A DNA stretch of 50,040 nt, counting the filler, from Catajapyx aquilonaris (lineage: Eukaryota), in assembly GCA_000934665.2 (NCBI GenBank). It is 2 parts of 2 records of this genome, joined end to end, with 100 filler letters (N's around TTAATTAATTAA, not from the genome) between each part and the next. Parts side by side here need not be neighbours in the genome. Positions count along the whole stretch, not along the records: positions 1 to 24,916 come from KZ539353.1; 1 more part is not named here. One strand, given 5' to 3'. Positions 1 through 10,600 of the stretch are shown here, one piece after another. Each line of letters opens with the position of its first letter. Position 1 is the first letter of the stretch. The notes beneath the pieces were generated by a model, which ran no database searches, was not told the origin of the DNA, and worked only from the letters and a program-made list of their open reading frames with translations. Both the position numbers and the translations under genes were made by a program.

Positions 1-125
1 CTACGCCGGCGGTGCGAACACAACGCAGCACCCGTCCCTCGGCCAAACTTGCCCTCCGCGAGTGGGAAAAATCGTCGTGATCGTGCGCCCTTAACTGCAG
101 GTTTGCACAAGCTTGCATTGATGGC

Positions 126-245
126 TGGTTTCACCGAGCCCGGTTTTGATAAAAACCCGGTTCTTTTGGAAAATCCCTATTCTATTTGCAGGGATTTTCC
201 GAAGAACCAGGGTTTTTATCAAAACTGGGCTCGGTGAAACCGGCC
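126..245. mobile_element. Short palindromic MITE (PIF/Harbinger-like ends); related copy at ~10080-10175
   Basis: Arms ggtttcaccgagcccggttttgataaaaacc / ggtttttatcaaaactgggctcggtgaaacc. The central gaaaatccct-attctatttgc-agggattttc recurs in inverted orientation at ~10110-10140. Confidence 0.7.
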
Positions 246-452
246 CTGACACGAATTTCCTGCCTAGTGACCACAGGATTAGAGAAAACTTGCTTTGATA
301 CAACCGGCCCTAAGTCACAGTATTAGTAACATTCCTAGACCTGTACAGCACAAGACAGGCAGTAATGATGTGGTCACCCTACTCCCCACAGATACAGGTT
401 TCAATTAGCTGGCCTTCGTTGATCAAAAGTACTTCAAACACACCTGAGACAG

Positions 453-698
453 CAGTGGCGGATCTAGACGTCGTCGTTGGGGGGGTGGGGGGGATTTGTC
501 GCCGCACTCTCCACTCCCCCCCACCCCACCCCCCAAACCAAATAAGCCCACCACAGGCGAAAACATTTTAAAACTGTAAGCACATCGGATAAAAGCAAGT
601 AAAATTCAATTATTTTCTGTTTNNNNNNNNNNNNNNNNGGGGGGGGGGGGGGGGTTTAATCACCCCGATCACCCCCCACCCCAATAGATCCGCCACTG
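453..698. mobile_element. hAT-type MITE
   Basis: 14-bp TIR CAGTGGCGGATCTA / TAGATCCGCCACTG with exact 8-bp TSD TGAGACAG (445-452, 699-706). Contains an N gap at 623-638. Confidence 0.88.
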
Positions 699-1480
699 TG
701 AGACAGTAAGCAGCTGTAGAACCGCCTTCCTTGTAAAGCAATAAGTTTTCAAATAATTTTAGGCCAGGGTAAGAGAGCAACCCTACGCTAACGTAACATA
801 CCCTGACCTAACCTGTTCTACACAAGGGGTCACCCATAAGTTCCGGATTTTTGATCCCCTTGTAACCCCACGTCATACACTGCAATAAAGGCTTCATGGA
901 AAGAATGTTAACAATGAATTTATTTCATCCATGCAGTCTTAATTTTTTCCAGGTATGCAGGTGTTTTAAAATGCTAAGAAATATACATGAGCAAGTTCTA
1001 TGGATAAAATAGAGATCCTGGTTACAGAAGTTTAGTTGGACCCACAAGTATCTCCGGTTAAAGGAATGTTCGAGAGAACAGTTACATGAATGATATCATG
1101 GAAGACATTTTTGGTGTTTAGTTTTTAGCTGCTAAGAAAATAGATGATATTTAAAGGCACTCGTTAGGTTCTGAAATCTTCATCCTTTCATCACAACCCC
1201 CGCTTGGAATGTTTCTGATTTTAAACCCGACTTTTACTTCAACTGTAAGTGTTAAAACCTCCCATAAAATATCTTCCGGAGTGCATGCACAAAAATAGCA
1301 TTATCTTTCATAAGGCCACTCCACTCACAGCTGCCGACTTCTTTAAAAACCACTTGACTTATCACTGGCGAGATTAGTTCATTCCCCCATCTTTCTTTTG
1401 TACAAATGAATACCCGATGATCATCACATAAAAAATTACATGCACAGTAGAGCACGAAACGATGGTACGCGATGTTATCC

Positions 1481-1604
1481 CTAGAGTGTTGCATTACTCT
1501 TTCTGGTCTTCCTGCCAGAAAGTGGGGACATGCGATGTGAACCAGGCTGGAAGGTAGGTGAGCTTGCGGTGGCTGCGGAACTGGGGCTGGCAACTCTGGC
1601 TAGC
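1481..1604 (-). CDS. Kank: Kank terminal coding exon
   Basis: Acceptor ttttaacttcaacag|, phase 2 matches the previous donor; [43 protein letters not shown]. Confidence 0.7.
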
Positions 1605-4600
1605 CTGTTGAAGTTAAAAAGCATCAGTACCCTATGTCATGATGAAATCTTAGGGGGAATGCTGCTACAATAAGATTCTCAACATCCATCTACTAATCCA
1701 TTGAATAAAATTTGGGTCAACAAGAATATAACATACTTTTTCCCAGAGTGCATTCTGAGGCTTCCATGTGGTGATCCTCCTCTACTGCTTGGTGAGGCAA
1801 AAGTCATGTGCGCATATAGTAGAACTGCAACGTCTCTGTGTCCAGCCTCAACTGCAATAGTCAGAGGGGTGCTCCCTTCAATGTCAGCTATGGAAGGATC
1901 AGCCGGATCAGGTTGGTTGGCCAGCAGCTGTTTGACTGCATCAATGTGTCCATGCTCAGCAGCACACATCAAGGCTGTGCTGCCCTCAATATCTTGAATG
2001 TTAGGCTCCGCACCACACTCCAGCAGGAGGCGCAGGGTGTCCATGCGGCCGTGAGATGAGGCCAGCATTAATGCTGTCTGCCCATGCACAGTTGCCCGAC
2101 GGTTGACATCCCCAAGCTGAAACAAGCGGCGGGCCACCATGCGGTCTGTTTCTGTGCGAAGCAGGGCTAGAGCAACCAGCATGAGAGGTGTGTAGCCAGC
2201 TTTATTGGGCTTATCTGGGTCGCACACCATGGAATCCAGAAGGACAGAGACCACATCCAAGTTGCCATGGGACACTGCATAATGGAGGGCTGTGTTGGCC
2301 TGGTTCAGAAAAGCAAATATTAAGCATCTGGCACTTGTTTTGAAGCTGTCATCATACAAAACAGCGTTTCCTAAACTAGTACGTAATTTTGTGTGAGAGA
2401 CTAGAAGTACTGCTTACTAATATTTTCATATAAAACACATTGGATGAAATTCAATAGTATTTCACTTACATTAGCATCAGGCATGTTGACAACAAAATTT
2501 AGGAGGTCTTTAGACACATCTTCAAATACATCTAGGTATTCTTCGACATCCCTGGGATCAGCTGTCTTGCTGCTGGACACCTGAAACCACTCCTTCTGGA
2601 CAATGTTGGAAGCGCTGGTCATAGGTGTGCTGCTTGGTGTGCCTTTTTTCGAAGTCTTTCCTCGCTGAAGAGAGTCATTGATTACCTTCATTGCTGCCCT
2701 CATCTCCTTGCTCAGCTCCATCCTGCACACATGCAAATAATGAAAATGAGCCCAAGAATATGAAGTACCTAGTTAAAAGTAGTATCAGTTCAGTCAAATG
2801 TTATAATTTGGATCGAGATCCATACAATGTACTCGAAGCATGATTGCTATAAAGACTCTAACTGGGTAACAACGAGTTATTACTGATTTTTCATCAGTCA
2901 GAGGATGCCACATTTTGTTAATTTGTGTTGCAACACTGCCTTGCATTACTTGCAAAACATTTCTCAAATGCATTGGCATAAAATACTCACTTTGTTCTAG
3001 GTGTCTCAACAATGGGCACAAACATTGCTGATGGACCCAGTGATCCTGCAGTAAATCCTAGTTCCAGCTCTGAGGATGTTGGTGTTGATAAAGATGCATT
3101 AGAGAAGGTGGAGGCAGATCTTGAGTAGGATACATCTATTCCAAGTCCTTCCCCTGATCGCCTGTGAAGGTTGTGCGATGGCTGCGAAGATGCCAGCAAT
3201 GCCATTTCTTTTGGATACGTGTCCCGCCTCACCAGTGGAGCCGGTGATATTGGACGTGGAGGTGATGAAATTTCTGGGGCTGATGTTGATGCTGCTGATG
3301 AACCTGCTGCCACCTGACTACCAGTTAAGATGGATCTTGGTATGCGTGATGGTGATGGCAGCTTAGGGGTTGGTAGTGTTGCTGCAGACGAGGGCAGCTT
3401 ATGTGTTGGTGTAGTGGCTGGAGGTGATGGTGGAATTGGCAGCACGGATGGAGGAGTTTCCTTTTTTAACACAGCCACACACTTTTCACACAACAGAATG
3501 TCTGCCGTTATTCCAACACTCCTCATTGCAACATCCACCTTCCCACCAACAGCAGCATCAACCAGTTTATGTTTGGGCGTTGACACTCCAACATCCTTCA
3601 CTATCGCTGCCTCAGTGCCAGTACCTTTGTCCCTGGTTCTGACCAGAGATGTTGATGTGGTCATGGTGCCAATTGAGCTCTGTTTTGGTGTTTCCATGCG
3701 TGTCTGGATACCCATGTCTCGCTTTTGCATGGGTGCTTCCTTAGACTCTGATACCTGTGTCCCCGTTTCTTTACTGCGCCGCCGGTCTGTAGAGGTCCCT
3801 CGGGTGTGCACAGTCTTGCCCGGGGATGAAGGTATGGACTCACATACAACATTGCTGGTGCGAAGGGCCATAAGGCGCTCTTGTAGTGTGGGTTTGCTGA
3901 TGAATGGAGCAGTCTCTGAAGCCACCATGGCAACAGGATGGTGGTTGAGGGTGGTAGGACCATTTTGGTTAATATCGAGCATTGTCATGACTCCTACACT
4001 GCGTATACGGGAACCCACATGATTCACACCCACATCACGTGTCATAACCCAGCAGGTTGTTGATGCGTCACGAACTGGACGCCGACTTGTTTCTGCAAAG
4101 GAAACATCATTCTTAAAACACATGTCCCATGTGACATAGCCTGCACTGACATATTCAGTTAAGAATCTGCATTACTCATTTGGCAGTAAATGCACCTGTT
4201 GCACGACATTTGGAATCACACTTCTCGTACAGTAAAACTTGTACAGTGTTGAACATTAATCGAGTCATACTGCTAGCAACATTTTCCAAAGCGGCAGAAG
4301 AACAAATCTTGTTCGCACGGCATGCATTATCCATATCTTCGATTAGTTCCTCTGGCGCTTTGGAAAATGTCTCTAGCAGTATGACTCGATTAATGTCCAA
4401 CACGGCACTTGATAGCAAAATCACTTTGTCCTGCGAATAATTTCCATAACCAGGAATCAGTAAGTATCCCTGGTAGTGATGTACCGACCTAGGAGGGGAA
4501 TATACAGCCTAAAGATGGCAAAATCGGCTTGACTGCACTTTAGCCCCCCCAAAATATTGCAGGTTTCTATACATTTCCTGAAGCTCCTCCATGGGCTGAG

Positions 4601-7600
4601 TCGAATGACACTATTCCTTGGGTGGAGAAACGTTTCGTTAAAGAGTAATCGAATTATGAAGTTGCAAGTAATTAACAATGAATAAATTAAAATAAGCAAG
4701 TGTTCCATTGTTGACACTGTGTACTCCTTTTGCAGGGTTTGGGTATTCCCCATGGTAACGTGAGGGTTGCCACGGAAATGTGTTGGTAGGTCACCTGAAA
4801 TACGATAATAATAAACAGTTCTGTTCTTGCTGGTTAATTTGAGACAGGGGAATGGGTCACAGGGATGGAGGTGCGCTTTGTGTTGGTGATGCTGTATGGC
4901 TTTTTGTAACCGCAACAGTACTGTCCATAAGATAGGCCTGTATCCGCTGAGGATAGGGCTGTATCCGCAACGAGTGAAGGTTAGGTTAGGTTAGGTTGGG
5001 TTAGTACATCGTACGCTGACGATAGGGCTGTATCCGCTGACGATAGGCATGTATCCGCTGAAGATAGGCTTGTATCCGCAACGAGTGAAGGTTATCTTTG
5101 GTTAGGTTGGGTTAGTACATCGTACGCTGACGATAGGGCTGTATCCGCTGAAGATAGGCCTGTATCCGCTGAGGATAGGGCCGGCGGTAACTTCGTCTAC
5201 TGGTAGGGCCACCCAAGTCGGACAGGTCTTTGGGGTGGGAGACCGGCTTAGAGAAATGCCACGCCTTCATCTCTTTTTTTAAACAATACGAATAAACAGT
5301 TGCAACAATGGAACACTTTCACTTTTTTCATTTATTCATTGTTAATTACTTGCAATTTCATAATTCAATTACTCTTTAACGAAACGTTTCTCCACCCAAG
5401 GAATAGTGTCATTCGACTCAGCCCATGGAGGAGCTTCAGGAAATGTATAGAAACCTGCAATATTTTGGGGGGGCTAAAGTGCATCCTTACCGCAAAATCG
5501 CTGCAAACCAGCTGAGTCAAATTAATTTTAGAATAGTCCTTATGTACCTAATATCCTATGCAATGATGGGAATAACAATTACTCACTCAGTTCTGGGCAG
5601 GACAGAGTTAGTCGCACAAGCTCCTTCTTCCGTTTCAGGCAATACCATGGCATAGTTCAACTACCATACAAATAGTTCAATTTCCACAAAAATTTCCTTT
5701 CCTTGCTGTTCACTTTAGTTACATGTAAATGATGTTAGAATTTTGCTGTAAACATGCTAACAATTACATTGTGCAAGTCATTCCCATGGATCTGTGTAAG
5801 GGACTGGGGAGGGGTGAGAGAGAGAGAGTTGGTATTTGGAGTATTCGCCCTGCCCAGGGTTGGGAGGTGGTGAGTCCACTTCGAATCACCCACACAGAAG
5901 GGAATATTGATACTCTAGAACATGGACAAGGTAGCATGGACCACATAGCTGGGGAAGCTGCCGTGACCCTAATAAAGGCTCAGCCACAAACACCCTGTAG
6001 CTATGAGTACGTTGCTAAATTCATTGGCTGCCGCAGCGAGGGCAGTGGTTGAGCGCACAGAAAATTGCAATGGGTGCCTGGATCCATTTCCGTTGTCACA
6101 GGATTTTCATAGCTAATTGCCTAAGTGCAAATCTGTACATAAAGGCAAACCTAAAAATAATGAAAAACAAGGTGCCAACTGAGAAAGATTTCCTACTTCA
6201 GTTACTATCAAGTAAATTTTCTAAAGTCTGTAAAACGAAAGAACAATCTGACGTCATCGTTTTGTTTACCGACTCCTAGTCAATGTAAATCAGCCAATCG
6301 CACCTCTGCAACCTCACACTTTTCAAGTTTACATGGAGATGCCCTCACGCAACAATAAGAGTAAAACAGTAGGCGTATTCGGCAATTCAGATTTTTCTGA
6401 GATGCGTCGCGTGATATCTGAGTTGTTAGCCCTGCCCCTCAGAAGATTATTGCCGAACAGCCGAACCTGGGCCGAACTGAGAGACCCCCCTACCCGCCTG
6501 TGCTGCATCCCAGTGATATGCCAATGTTAGGGTATTTCGGTGCCGTATTTCGGACGCTTGCGGGTAATGGTGCGGGTAAAATGAAAATGCGGGTAAAAGA
6601 GGGTATTTTCAGGTCCTCTCGCGGGGTTTTCGGGCATTTTGCATTGGAAACACTGCTGCATCAATAACATGAATTTGTTGTCCGCCATGTTTCTCAGCAA
6701 GTAAGTCAGGTCAGGAGTACACTAAGTTCCTGAGCTTGGGAAGTCAGGTAGGGCGCATGCGCACTTACTTCAGGGGGCGTGGCACCTGATTTGCCAAACA
6801 TCCAAACAGCCCAGGAAGACAGATTCCTGAATTGCCGAATACGCCTAGTGTCAACAAAAAAGAACAATCTGACACCACATGAATATGTCACTACTAGGCA
6901 CTAATTTTCGGTGTGAGGGAGATTCAAACGGGGTGATTAGGTCGAACTTGTTGTGTGAGAGGCATTTCCATGGAAACAGGAAAAGTGGATGGTTCCAGAG
7001 GTGCATTTGGCAGATTCCGGTTGACTAGGAGTCGGTAAACAAAATGATGACGTCAGATCATTCTTTCGTTTTATGGACTTTAGTGCTGGATCCACAAATG
7101 GGTGTAAACAACATGCATGTCCATTTGAAATGTGATAAGAAAGTCAATCCCACATTGTTGATGTGTCAGTATCAAGTAAATTTTATTTGTGGCATGAATG
7201 TTTGCACCTCATTATGAACTAACCTCCTGGAGCAGATACCAGCTGAGTGGATCAAGTTTAGCTGGTAGCACCCTGCTTTCATTCTTCTCAAGTTTGCTGT
7301 CTTTACTAGCCATTATGACAAAATTAAGCATAAAAAGCTATTTACCAGAATTCTTCAAGGATGCTTGTGACAAAGTGTCTCTGCGGACATTTTCCCTGGA
7401 GTCCTCCTCCTCCTTCTTTGGGTCCAATACCTCTTCATCTTGCTTGTTGCCATTCAACTTACTCAAGTCCAAATTGGCATCAACAATGGAAATTGAATGG
7501 CCATTTTGAAATTTACCTGGAAAGGGAAATTAACATTATTTAAACTAAAATAGAGAATAGCCTGGTCCGCTGTCCTCCGACTACCATTGTTGAGTTCCAG

Positions 7601-10600
7601 ACTGTTCATGTCACGACTATTGAGAAACCTGGTTCACTATTGAACAGTACATCCAATGCACCTACCACGTAATTACCTCAGTAAGCAGCAAATAATTTTT
7701 CTGACAGCATTGTCAGGGACAGGTGCACTGTATGCTGGGTCCAGCAGTAGGATCCATGTGATCTTAGGGTGCAAACCCTGCACTTGAAGTCATTGAGTAC
7801 GTTTACATGGGACTAAAAATCGGCCTGACCCAGGCTTCCTAAGCAAGGCCTATCTACGCAAAGCCTGCTCCCACTTTTGCCACTGCTACATGGGACAGAC
7901 TATACCGGGCACTACATGGGACCGAGGGGGTGAGCCGCCCGAAAATAGTCCCTACCATGCCGGGCCATACTCCGCTCCTCACAGCAAAATGTGCAATATG
8001 TGTAGCTCTGCAGCTACCGCATGGGCTGCCCATGATAATTAGGCAGTTGAATTACATGTACCAGCACTGTTTATTCGAGAAAGCCACAGATACGGGGGGA
8101 CTATTTTCGCGGCCTGTAGTCCACTCAGAAGCAAGTCCTGAGCTGTTCACTAGCAGCCAATCACCGCCATCGCCTTAGGTAGACCACCCGATCCAACAGG
8201 CTTGGGCTGCGCCCGACAACGGATCAGATAAGGCCGGTCTATCGTAGGCCCAGCGGCTACATGGGAGTAAACCGGTTCGCCTAGCATAGGCGGCCGTAGC
8301 TAGGCCGATTTTTAGTCCCATGTAAACGTACTCATTAATTCCTCACTTTTTCCTTTAAAGGTACGTTTACATGTGAGCAATTTGACGAGAGAAGCAGAGT
8401 GAAATCTTCGCCGAGGCTAAGTAACCCAAGTAACCAATATTGTTTGAGGCGAACATCTGTTGTTAATTGCAGCCTCGGCGAAGATTTCCCTCGTCAAATC
8501 GTTCGCATGTAAACGAAGCTTACTAACACTTTGCACGATGCCATGCCAAACTTGAATGGCAGGGTACATATGACAAACACTGCACATGAAGACTAGCAGC
8601 TTTTTCTGCGATGCTTGTTGTTACCATTGACTATTAGTTATGCAATAAATTACCTGCAGCAGAATTGTCTGATGCCGTTGACGAAGAGCGGATGAAGTTC
8701 TTCCCTGGACCAAACTTCACACAAGTAAGACGAGGGTCCTTTTCCGTAGGCTCTCCAGTGCCCAGGTGCAATTGTTGTTGCAGCTGCCGCTTCTCCTCAG
8801 TTAGGACTGCAAGCCTGACCTGTCACCCAACAAAGCCATTAGCTCTACCCAAAAACTGGTCAAAATTCCAATGCAACCTTAGAATCTGTATTTCCCATAT
8901 GACACTAGTACTACCATGTAACTGACTCTGTAAACCTCCCAATGCACACGTAACCCGGACCTTTAAACAGCAATCCAAAGTCCCTTGATACTAACCCCAC
9001 ATCAGAGCTGATAAGGTATCATCCAGGATGGAAAAACAAGAGTAACAAAATAGCATCTTACCTGCAGGACGGGAATGGCTCTGACCTGATCTTCAAGTTC
9101 CTTCATCTTCCTGAGACTGCAGGCCATCTGCTCCCGGATGGTCTGCAGGGTTTGAAATGAGGGAGGGAAGGCAGGCATTACAAATCAATGCTCCAGCTGT
9201 GAGTCAATGGGGGTGAACAGTGGGGAAAATCCCCCTGACTTTTTGTGGGTTCCATTCACACAACGTCACATGGGCAGGTAGGCTTCTTATAACCCACTAC
9301 TTATTGATCCGCTGAATCAGTCCATGTGGGAGCCTGGTGCAGTGAACACTGCAGTAAGACAGGCCTAGTTTACTTGATGCAAAGCAGTGTTTGTTTTGGG
9401 TTGGCATGTTCATGGGCCATGGAAAACACCAACTGTACTTACCAGCAGTGGCATGTTATGATGAAAATGTGACTTGTTATGTTAAAAATGTGCCATGTTT
9501 TCATGAAAATATGCTGCTCTTGTGTAATGATAAGGTCAGAGTGTATTTTTTTCAGCTGTTGCATAACTTGTCAAGGATACTTCAACAATGGCCATAACTT
9601 CAGATAATTAAAGATGTCACAATGGATATCCAACAATTTCACTATTCTTTTGAAATGCAAAAAGTTCAAGGACTACAGTGATTCTGCACAAAACTTCCAA
9701 ATCAATACTAACAATATTTTGATATCATTTTGTTGCTTTAGGCTATGAATGGAGGCTAATTTTGGCAATGAAACTACAAAATAAAACGAAAGTACATTCG
9801 TATGAGTGCACTTGTTCGAAAAATGATGGAAAAATGCAACCTGCATCTTTACGTGCATAGTCAACTGGTGATGTCCTTCAAAAGGACAGGCTTTATTTCC
9901 TCCTTATCAGCAGAAAGGCAAGTTAAAAAAAAGTGCTCACAAAGTAATTTTTCTGTGTAGGTCAGAAAATTTACCTAGGGCAAAGGGCTAGAACTGCAGC
10001 GATGAAAATGAAGCTTCACAAAATCACTAATAAAATCGGGGCAATATTTGCATTCGATTAACTCCTACTACGCAACTTAGGGCCCATTTCACCAAGGCCG
10101 GTTCTTTCTGAAAATCCCTGCAAATAGAATAGGGATTTTCTGAAAGAACCGGTTTTTTAAATATCAAAACCGACCCTTAATATCACTTTCAATGGCTATT
10201 TTCTTCCATGTGGGTGGAGAGAGGCCACCACAGATCTGTTACAGAAATTCTATTAACTAGCATATCTACTGTACTTTGATGATTACATTTTAAATGTTAA
10301 AAAAGGAGAAAATAATGTCCCAGTTATAGAGTTAAATCCAAGTGTGCATAGTAGGTCATCCTAATGTCCCAGTTATGACCTGGTTCATTTTAAAGAGTCT
10401 AGTTTTCTTTGCTGTGAATATTCTTCTGCATCACATTCTAAGACTACACTATTATGTATAATAATAATAATAAGAATAAGAATAATAAGAATAATAATAA
10501 TGAAGAAGAAAAAGCAGTCTTACCTGAAGCGAGTTGGCTCCAACTGTACCACCACCATTTTCCATAGCATCATCCTCTGGAGCGAATGGCTTTGTAGATG

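Noticed and set aside
3330..4022. 230-aa plus-strand ORF
   Set aside because: Antisense shadow of Kank exon 7; no recognisable domain or splice context. The same applies to 1701..1997, 7198..7509, 12290..12499 and 38186..38566.
4979..5005. Telomere (TTAGG)n
   Set aside because: Only about five imperfect units, internal to a repeat element.
4930..5180. CRISPR-like array or hammerhead ribozymes (CTGAnGA in each unit)
   Set aside because: Units are contiguous with no unique spacers, the context is eukaryotic, and no GAAA core or stem II follows CTGAnGA.
7224..7306. Extra Kank exon ending GAG|gttagt
   Set aside because: It would need a ~40-50 nt intron after exon 6 with a poor acceptor, and is not needed for frame continuity.
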